A stretch of 64,000 nt of DNA from Octopus vulgaris (Eukaryota). Positions 54,098 to 64,000 of the stretch are shown here, piece by piece (the first letter of the stretch is position 1; every line of letters begins with the position of its first letter). A program made the translations under genes and the position numbers. The notes beneath the pieces are model-generated. The model was not told the DNA's origin. It made no database searches and saw only the letters and a program-made list of their open reading frames with translations. The stretch is taken from the NCBI GenBank assembly GCA_951406725.2, contig OX597814.1:160394001-160458000 (forward strand), given 5' to 3'.

Positions 54098-54695
54098 CAT
54101 GTGATACACCAGACGACCTTCGACTCTGTTGTGCATGTGCACAAAGTTTTAACGCTCTAGCTTAGAAGAACTGAGAAAAACATTTGCGTGCAGCTGTGAG
54201 AGGAAATTGTCAGATCACCATCCGTGAGTTATCAGAGGATGTGCAGATTAGTTACTGTTCAGTTCAGTCCATTATCACTGAAGATTTGGGCATGACACGC
54301 ATATCTGCCAAGTTTGTGCCAAACTACTTGCAGCTGACCAAGAAGACATTCGGGTTTCCGTTGCACAAGATCAAGATCTCTCTGACTGTGTCGAAAACGA
54401 TGAAAACTTTTTGGAGACTTTGCATTTGCCTCTGAGCAGGTATCGCCAAGCTTTTGGCAAAATTTGATGCCGATTCTCTGCTCAGCTTTCTCTGTCATTG
54501 GTCAATATAAAAATTTCACGCTACACACGTTCTTTTCAATTACTGCTGTAAACAGCGGAAGTAAGCTAGAATTTTAAAACTTAGTACGCATGTACAGCAG
54601 GGTTCAAGGTCAATCTGTACCAAGCAGCTTCACCCTTCGTGCTTCAGTTTTGTTACCATAGTAACAGTCCGGATACTTACTGATCAGACATGGTA
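54095..54695. mobile_element. Rearranged mariner relic
   Basis: Plus strand ITIRELSEDVQIS..SVQSIITEDLGMTRISAKFVP; minus strand MTEKAEQRIGIKFCQKLG; terminus TA-CCATGTCTGATCAGTAAGTATCCGGACTG. Confidence 0.85.
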
Positions 54696-55317
54696 TATAC
54701 ATACATACATCTATAATAATAAATGCCAAAAACGAATTTCTGAGTGTCAGTGTGTCACACTTTGACCCCCCCCTCTCTCACTATTCAATGACACTTCTAC
54801 TCCTCTTGCTGGGGTGAGAGTAGTAGTAGGCATAGAGACGGTGAGGGCGGTAGTAGATTGACTGTTGAGATGGTAATGGGGTAATAGTAATAGGGTGACA
54901 GTAATAGTATGGGCTGTAGTAGTGATAAAGGTGGAAGCGACGGTGATGATGGTGGTGGCGGTGGTGGTAGCTGCGGCGGTCAAGCATGATGGTGATAGTA
55001 GAGGATGTGAAAGACAATGGTGATGGTGGTGGAGGGGAAGGCGGCGAAGTCAAAGGTGTTGATAGTGGTGACGTCAAAAGTCTGACCCCTGAATGTAAAG
55101 ACAAAAAATGTTGTTTATCATGAAGCTTTGCAATAAGTCCCAAGTCGACATATTATAACATTGTTTTGACGAAAACTGTTCATTGCTTGAAAAATATTGT
55201 TCAAGTTTAATAAGATTTAATATGTACTCGATGCATAAAGTGTCATTATTGAGCTCAACGCCCAATGAAGAACCCTCCACAGGAGCCAGCTTAAAAGCTC
55301 CCCGAAGCAAGTATATA

Positions 55318-55385
<68 letters not shown>

Positions 55386-55474
55386 TATGAGTGTACATGT
55401 ATATGCCTGTACATGAAGGTATTTCTTTCTTGTAAATGCACATTAACACACACAAATATACCTACACATACACG

Positions 55475-55525
<51 letters not shown>

Positions 55526-56397
55526 TTTCTTTATTACCCACAAGGGGCGACACACACACACACATTGTATATTTGAATTGCAGCCTCCTGTTTTTTTTAT
55601 TCCTCATTGGCATCCTTCTCCTATCTCTATATTTTTGTTCTTACATATATAACCTGAAATACAGATTTAGCCTTCCACTCAACACGGAATGAGTTAATTA
55701 TAGATATATATGCCAAACTCGAGCGAAGAATTTCATACAGTTTCTCTGAAGAAAATAAAAAAAAATTAAAAAATAAAAATAAAATAAACCATATGATGAC
55801 GTGTACAATTGTAACACAATTTTAGCGAGACAAGCCTGTTTGCGGAAGTCAACGGAATATTCGAAAATATCATGACCAGCACAGTCCCAAAGAATATTCG
55901 TATACTCTAGAATTCGTTGAATAGAGAACGTTTTGAAAATATTACTTAAAACTAGAGACGGTCATTTCCCGTCGTTAACAAAAACATAGCTTGGCCTCTG
56001 CGATTTTATATTGCCCTCCTTTTCAGTCGTTTCTATTAGAAAAGAAAGTGCTTTCGCGTGTGGAAACGCAAAAGTCCGGAAGTGCATTTTTCCTAAGTTC
56101 CACCAACAGTGCACGCTAAGTCTGTAGCAATACAAGCAGCTCGTTGCCATTCTACTTAAACCCTAGCAGGTCTTCTTCAGGCGATAGGGGTATGAATGAA
56201 GGAGGTGAAGGGGTAAGGAGACACTGAACGCATTCGCTGTGCCCCCTTCTTCCCTCCACCCCTCCTCATATCACCACTTTCTTTTTTCACTCATTTTTCT
56301 CCTACTCCTTCTCTCTCTCCCTCCTTCTCTCTCTCTCTTCCTCTACTGTCCCCTAATCCTCTCTCCTCTTTCTCTCTTACTCCTCCCTTCCTGCTCC

Positions 56398-56428
<31 letters not shown>

Positions 56429-56429
56429 C

Positions 56430-56497
<68 letters not shown>

Positions 56498-56583
56498 ACC
56501 TATCTATCTATCTGTCTATCTATCTATCTTTCTATCTCTCTATCTATCTACCTATCTATCTATCTATCTACCTATCTATCTTC

Positions 56584-56661
<78 letters not shown>

Positions 56662-56963
56662 GACTCTCTGTCTGTTTCACTCTCTATCTCATTCTCTTTT
56701 CTATGTTTTCCCCTTTAATTCTCTTTCGCTGACAGTCTTACCCTCTCTTACTCTCGTTCCCTTTGACCATTTTATCCTAACCTTTTCTCACTGTTCCTCT
56801 TTTCTCTGTCGCCTATCTTCTTTCCCGCCCAAACTTTCTCTCTGTCCCTCCCCCCTCTCTCTCTCTCCCTCTCTCTTTATGCTTTTGTCACATTCTTTAC
56901 ATATACTTACACAGAGGTGTACGAGCACACTTATATTAACGTGCATATGTATTTCTCTATATG

Positions 56964-57045
<82 letters not shown>

Positions 57046-57174
57046 TGTATGTGTGTATGTGTGTGTTTGTGTGTGCGTGCACTCGCACGCGATGTGCATG
57101 CGGTAAAATGAAAAAGAAAATGTTCTATTTTATTTTATATATGTGTGTATGTGCGCGCGTCTGTGTGTCTGCAA

Positions 57175-57215
<41 letters not shown>

Positions 57216-57415
57216 ATCATATATGTAGACATGTACTGTACATATATATATATATTCCTTTACTATCTTTCTCTCTCTCTTTATTTTATATGTGTATATG
57301 CATTTATATGTATGTGTTGTGTGTGTATGTATGTATGTATTTTTACAGATATGTTTCATTCCTTATTCTAGCTTACTCGCTTTTCCTCTTTGTCATTCTG
57401 TCTATCCAACTCTCT

Positions 57416-57471
<56 letters not shown>

Positions 57472-57878
57472 CTCTCACTTTTTTTCTCTTTCTACTTTAC
57501 AAGAATAGTTGTCAGACAAATGGCCCGCTCTTTAGACTGTTGTTTCTGAGGGGAAATAAATGCATCTCTTCCTCAAGCAAATGGAGGAAGCAAAAATTAT
57601 ATAAAACGTTGAAAAGAGAGGAGACAGAAGAAGAAGAAGAAACAGTAGAGACTCGCCGACTCAGCTGTATTATATTCTGTAAGGAAATGCTAAAGTTATA
57701 CACTCAATGCAATTGCCATGCAAATGGGCTTTTAATAAAGGATACGAGTAATTGCAATCGTATTTGTCCCGAAAATAAAACAGCAATGCGACATTTTTTT
57801 AACGATACAAGAAATCAATTCAACTTTTCCTTGAAAACCTATCGTTTTAAATACAGACTCAGAGAAACACATACACAC

Positions 57879-57920
<42 letters not shown>

Positions 57921-58216
57921 TCGCATAAAGAATGTATCTAAAATAATATGTATAAATAAATGTGTATGTGTGTGTGTGTGCATGTGTGTTTGTGTGCATG
58001 TGTGTGTGTGCATGTGTGTGTGTGCATGTGTGTGTGTGCATGTGTGTGTGTGCATGTGTGTGTGTGCATGTGTGTGTGTGCATGTGTGTGTGTGCATGTG
58101 TGTGTGTGCATGTGTGTGTGTGCATGTGTGTGTGTGCATGTGTGTGCATAAATTTATATATACACATGTAAGTACACACACATACACGTATGTATGTATG
58201 TAAATATACGTATATA

Positions 58217-58262
<46 letters not shown>

Positions 58263-58350
58263 AATAATATGGGTGGCTAATTCGCAATTTTACAACCGAA
58301 AAGAGAGTAAAGTGACAAAGGGCACTAGCGCCCTTTGCCACTTTAGTGAC

Positions 58351-58405
<55 letters not shown>

Positions 58406-58416
58406 CATACATATAC

Positions 58417-58459
<43 letters not shown>

Positions 58460-58589
58460 ATATATATTTACATACATATATATATGCATACCTACATACA
58501 TATACACATACATGCATGTATATATATATTTTTTATATACACATAGATATTCATATGCATACATACAAATATATATGTATACATACATA

Positions 58590-59236
58590 TTCTTTTGTTC
58601 TTTTACAGGTTTCAGTCATTGGACTGCGGCCATGTTGGGGCACCGCCTTGAAGGGTTTAGTCGATCATATCGACCCCAGTACTTATTTCAGTCTGGTACT
58701 TATTTTATCGCTCTCTATTTGTCAAACCGCTAAGTTACGGGACATAAAGGGATACACCAAGAATATCACCGCTTCTTTCCGAACGGTGTGACACTAACAC
58801 AGATACATCTTTAGTAGTACATCAAACTATAAATTATTGGTGCATTACCTGGGTTTTGTTATGATGCTACCACACACTATCGTTTACCTGATTTTCTGAC
58901 GCTATTATTAATAGTTACTTTATAGGTAATAAGTCCGTGTTCATTTGTAAGAACCTTGACGAGGTTCTACTATAAAGATAGAAACCGCATCAGCTAATCT
59001 CTCTTTTACTACTCACAAAGTTATCTTTTTTTTTTTTTTACCTGTTTCAGCTATTGGAAAGCGGCGATGCTGGGGGCACCGCCTTGAAGTGTTTGATTGA
59101 ACAACTCGATCCCAGTACTTACTTTTCAAAATGTAGTACTTGCTCTGTCTGTTTCTTTTGCCGACCCGCTAAGTTACGAGGTCGTGAATATACCAACACC
59201 AGTTGTCAAGTGACGTGAAAGGGACAAACACAAACG

Positions 59237-59294
<58 letters not shown>

Positions 59295-59470
59295 TATATA
59301 TATATATATATATGACAGGCTTCCACATAGTTTCCCACTACCAAATTCCCTCACAAAGCATTGATCGCCCCGTGGTTATACTAGAAACCACCTGCCCGAA
59401 GTGCCACGCAGTGGAAATGTGCTCGAAATCACGTTGTTGCAAACCGTACTTCTTAACTACACAGCCAAAG
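58590..59470 (-). mobile_element. SINE family A 3' fragment (58590-58745) and diverged full copy (59025-59470)
   Basis: TTTCAGTCATTGGACTGCGGCCATG...; CCGCTAAGTTACG...GTGCCACGCAGTGG...CTACACAGCCA. Confidence 0.8.
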
Positions 59471-59859
59471 CCAAAATTGCTTTCATCCATCAGTACAAAA
59501 AGTGGTTGCTTAAACGTATAGATATATTCCATAGAGCATCATAGCATCATTACAAAACGCTGTTAACGCATCTGTTATGCATACTACCAAAAATGCGTTA
59601 GTTTACGCAAATCGGATTCTCCATTTTTCTGAAGCACTTATGATTAGTGACTTTCTACACAACACCTTCGTGATATCATCAGTCACTGATGATATCAGAA
59701 TGTAATGAATTATACCAGCTCAGCTGATATCTCTTCTTCTGTCAACGAGGTTATTGTCTAATAGCAGTTGTCTTCATTCTCACAGTTCTATTGATTTATT
59801 TGATAGCATAGATACACACACACACACACACACACACACACTCATATCTATACACATAC

Positions 59860-60177
59860 ATACCGACACGCACTCTCTTGTCATTAAAAACCACAATTAC
59901 CTCTCAGAAGTCAAGCATGTCAGTTACCCACCTGCGCTTTGCCCTGGTTTTCTTCTCTTCTTTCTTTTCTTATCCCTCTTCCTCTCTTCCTTTCCTCGCT
60001 ACCCTGGACTTACTGTTTGTCTCGAACGAAGGACTGTTGCCGAAACCCTTCACCCTATAGCTTTGACTCTATAGTATTTTCCCTTCTTTGAACGTCAGCC
60101 TAATATTATTAACTGTAAACGTCCCTAATACATATTTTCGTATTTAATTCTGTGGTGTTTTTGTTTTCTTATTGACC

Positions 60178-60185
<8 letters not shown>
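59860..60185 (+). mobile_element. Diverged short element with hammerhead relic at 60021-60050
   Basis: CGAACGA-A-GG-actgttg-CC-GAAAC; downstream TTCTTTGAACGTCAGCCTAATATT resembles the motif in 11660-11875; between (CA)n and (TA)n. Confidence 0.4.
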
Positions 60186-60218
<33 letters not shown>

Positions 60219-60770
60219 GCATATTTATATATGTATGTATATATATGCATATATATATATATGTGTGTGTGTGTGTATGATGTGGGTGTGTGTGTATGAT
60301 GTGTATGTACGTATGTATTTATGTATGCATGCTTGTATATAAAATGTTCATATGCACGTGTAAGCATGCATATAGGCATGGTATATAAATATGTCTGCTC
60401 GTCGTCTTTATTTTCATGCAATTAGCGATATCAATAGACAAAATAATATTGATATTACCGAGTCATAATAGCTGTGCTTTTATCAGTAACCATTCTCCGC
60501 TGCCTGTCTTGTATTCGTATTGTATGAAGAATCAAGCTGTGCAACTAATTTCATTGTATTTCTACTAGACCTGATCTTGCCAACATCATCAACCTCATCA
60601 TCATCCTCTTCACCATCATCGCCATTGCCAACCATCATCATCATCATCGTCGTCGTTGTTACCACCACAACACCATTTTCGTCGTCGTCATCATCATCAT
60701 CCTCATCATCCCCATCATCGTCGTCGTCGTTACCACTACAACACCATTTTCGTCGTTGTCATCATCATCA

Positions 60771-60858
<88 letters not shown>

Positions 60859-61439
60859 AAATGAATCAACTAGACATAGTTTCTGCCTAGCCATTCAACA
60901 TACTGGAAAGGCAACCGCATCTCTATTTTTTTTAGAAATATTAGTGGTAAGGTGACATGAAGCATATCATAGTGCTAGATAGGCAATGCCCATTATGTGA
61001 AGGACGGTAAGGTCTTTGATCATAAGTCTTCTCTGTCAAGATTTACCTGGAGCTAAACAACAACAATAGTCCTCGCCGTAAATCTAATTAGAAAATAATA
61101 AGGGAACTTCCACGTAGTTGATGGATGTACTAAAATGACCAACCAAATCTCCATCACTCAACAGCTTTAAATAAGTAGATAGTACATTATATAACGTAGT
61201 CCTATGTAGCTCTACAAAACTGGAATAAAAGACTTTAATTATAGGTCTGTCTGCTCGACAAGGGTTGGCCTTGGAGGCGAGAATGAATAATAATCGTTGT
61301 CATAATAACTGCCACCATCATCATCATAATTGTCATCGTCATAAAATCTGAAATATCTTTTTTTATCAAACTTAATTTGATTAATTTTGTTTTTACGTTT
61401 AACTTTCTAAAAGAGGAAATGCTTTATAACTGAGTGATA

Positions 61440-61580
61440 TAAGGTTGTCCCAAAAGTTCGTAGAAAGTCTTGGAAAATAATGGTCTTTATTTTGAGGAAT
61501 AATTTTTGTTGTTTTTGTTAGTACTTGGCGAGTAAAAATTCAATTTTCGCAAGTGTTTACGAACTTTTGGGACAACCTAA
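61440..61580. mobile_element. Mariner-type MITE, about 141 bp
   Basis: Perfect 21-bp inverted repeat AGGTTGTCCCAAAAGTTCGTA (61442-61462 and 61558-61578) with TA on both flanks. Confidence 0.88.
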
Positions 61581-62007
61581 TATTAAGAGAAATATGTTCT
61601 TGGAAGATTGTTTGAAGCAACTACAAATGGTTATATGATCCGTTAAGGGTTAAATTTCTTTGCTGAAAATACAGCGCAGCTTCTCTGCCGAGATACGAAA
61701 CTACGATTGTCCCAACAGTGTTACAGTTTAGTTCAAAGTTGTAAATTGATAGAAAGTTGTAATGAATATTTTGAGATATACATTTGTGGATGGAATTAAA
61801 ATATTATGTGACACTTGAAGTGTTGTTGGATCGTAACTGAATGTCTTGTCTCTAAGCAATGCGTCATGGGTGAGCCCTCGTGATGGTGTCCACCTTGCAG
61901 CAAAATCTAACTTCCAAAATACGCAATAACACATATATTGTAAATAAATAGAGTATGTGAAGAACATCAAATCTATCTGGAATAGAACCTGAAATGTAGA
62001 GTTAGCT

Positions 62008-62080
62008 TGTCCTGTGAAAACTTGAACCACCGACCTTTCAGTTAACAGCCGATCATGATAACCGATTGCGCCACAGAGAC
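62008..62080 (-). pseudogene. tRNA-Asn(GTT) pseudogene
   Basis: GTCTCTGTGGCGCAATCGGTTATCATGATCGGCTGTTAACTGAAAGGTCGGTGGTTCAAGTTTTCACAGGACA closely follows metazoan tRNA-Asn; 3' strands of the D stem and T stem are disrupted. Confidence 0.85.
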
Positions 62081-63022
62081 ATCGGCAGATGAGAACTTTG
62101 ACCTGCTTCGTGAAGGTGACGCAGTACCATCATGTTTTGAAGCGAGTGGAATTTTCTACCTGGGAGAATTTATTGACTTACGATTGCTTGATGAAGGACT
62201 TACGTCAGTATCGTTGATGGAATTTGTCCAGCTTCTGTCATTTTCAGTTTCATTGCTATATAGTACAAAGTCAAATATTAGTGTAAGGAGTGTAAAAGAA
62301 TTGAATATATTCATCACCCAAAACGTGTAGTCGTTCACCACCCACGTAATACATCGCTTAGGTATATTAATGCAAGTCTGATATGAACTTGTGTTCAACG
62401 CATTATGATGACGTTATTTCTCAGAGGAAATTCCTCATCTTTTGTTCACGATACAGGAAATCCAATAAGAGTACAGAATACCAAATGTGCTATATTAAGA
62501 AATATTGGCATAGGTGAATATATATATATATATATATATATATAATGAAGTGAACTTTTATAAACAACTTCGATGTTTTTAATAATGGCTGAAAAATCCA
62601 ACTTTGGTATATCATTTTAAATAACAAACTACAGAATATTCATTTTTAGAAAGAATCCACGTATTTTTTTTTTTATACTTTATTCTTCATTTTCTATTAG
62701 ACGCCATTTTAAATTTAAACTACTTAGAATTTAAGAATTGTGTTCTAAGCCGCTAATTTGCTATAAGTGAATTCCATAGATCAGATCAATTTAAGTGGTT
62801 TCAGTAAAAAGATTTCATACACACATACACACATAAACAAACACACACACACGCACACTTTCTCTCATCTTTTCTCTCTCACACACACATATACATAGTC
62901 CTAGTTATACATACATAAGCACACACATACAGCTATTCATACACATACGCACAAACACACACACGCACACACACGCACATGTATATATATATATATATAC
63001 ACATACACACGAGTAAAATTTT

Positions 63023-63092
<70 letters not shown>

Positions 63093-64000
63093 CTGTGTGT
63101 GTTTACGTGTAAGAGTGCGTATATTTGTATAAAAGTGTATGAGACGACAGAGAAGAATGAAAAGATAATGGATTTTGAAGCTAATCTTGTAGGTTAAAGA
63201 CCACACCATACAAGTCTTTTCATTTTCCTTTCCCTTTCTGTCGTATATTTTGTTTATTGCTTAATGTCGTAGGTAAATTTAAAGGAAATTTATTGTATAA
63301 CTTGCTCCCATTCCCAAAGTTTAATGCATTTTACTTGATACTCTGAGTTTTGCTTCGATCAATTTCAATGGTAATTTCTGGTGTGGTTTAACTGACTAAA
63401 ACTAAGTGCTTTCTGCTCACCTCCATTTAATGGCTCGTTTAGTCTTTGATAAACTATGTACGATACCAGCTTCTATGTATATTTCTTATTCCAGCATTTA
63501 AGTTGATGTTAGTAACTTATCCGCCTCTTGCATATGTTAGTCTTCAACATAAAGCTTCGAATATAATTTCTGAATGGTGTTATTTCCCGTATTATTAAAT
63601 TAGGTTATCTCATCATGTTAGCAACGGTCATACACGCAAGCAAGTTGATGAAACAACGTAGTTCTATTTTCTTCAAAACATTTTCAAACTATATCAACAT
63701 CCTCAATCTTGTAACATATTAGTTTTTGAAGTATGTTTGTGGTTTGATTAGAAATATTATTATTTTCAAAGTGGAGATTTTATCGTTTTATTTTTGCATA
63801 AGTTATACCAAGAAGTAGTGTTTATGTTCTTGATATTTGGAATTTGTGAGCTTAGATTCAACAAGAAACTATTTTCTAATTTCTTTCTTCCATCTTTAAT
63901 GAAATAAGTGATGTACTGGGGTCGATATAATCCACTTTGTAACCTCTGCGCTCAAAATTTGTGACATTGTTTCAATGGTGGAAATCAATATTTAGAAAAC

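Noticed and set aside
54652-54665. X-box-like GTTACCATAGTAAC
   Set aside because: Lies in the mariner subterminal sequence; no evidence of host function
54747-55143. Thr/His/Pro-rich ORFs (also 60483-60955)
   Set aside because: Decayed GGT/GAT/CAT trinucleotide low-complexity sequence
62055-62398. ORFs 62156..62398 (-) and 62055..62330 (+) as host exons; AG|GTAGAA donor-like site near 62160
   Set aside because: No recognisable domain, no supported acceptor or partner exons; lies in the tRNA pseudogene flank
63230-63720. Possible very old LINE RT relic on the minus strand
   Set aside because: Only faint motif resemblance amid many stops; not supportable without a search

Overview
AT-rich, microsatellite-saturated eukaryotic DNA. 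The SINE families and repeat style suggest an octopus (coleoid cephalopod); this is an inference from repeat content. No host protein-coding exon could be supported, and almost all listed ORFs are translations of (TA)n, (CA)n, (TATC)n, (ATT)n or (TTC)n. The real coding content is transposon-derived: a young 5'-truncated R4/Dong-type LINE (open for 582 codons) stacked on an older one in a TAA array, three further R4-like relics, a young Tx1-clade L1 fragment between (GATA)n arrays plus older relatives, two RTE fragments, a Hero-like fragment, a Penelope element with inverted pseudo-LTRs, two non-autonomous Helitrons, Tc1/mariner and hAT relics, more than 25 tRNA-derived SINE copies or fragments, and a tRNA-Asn pseudogene. 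The most notable hidden layer is about a dozen minimal type I hammerhead-ribozyme folds, mostly in short non-coding elements next to microsatellites; three have canonical cores. All folds were made by eye and element boundaries are approximate.
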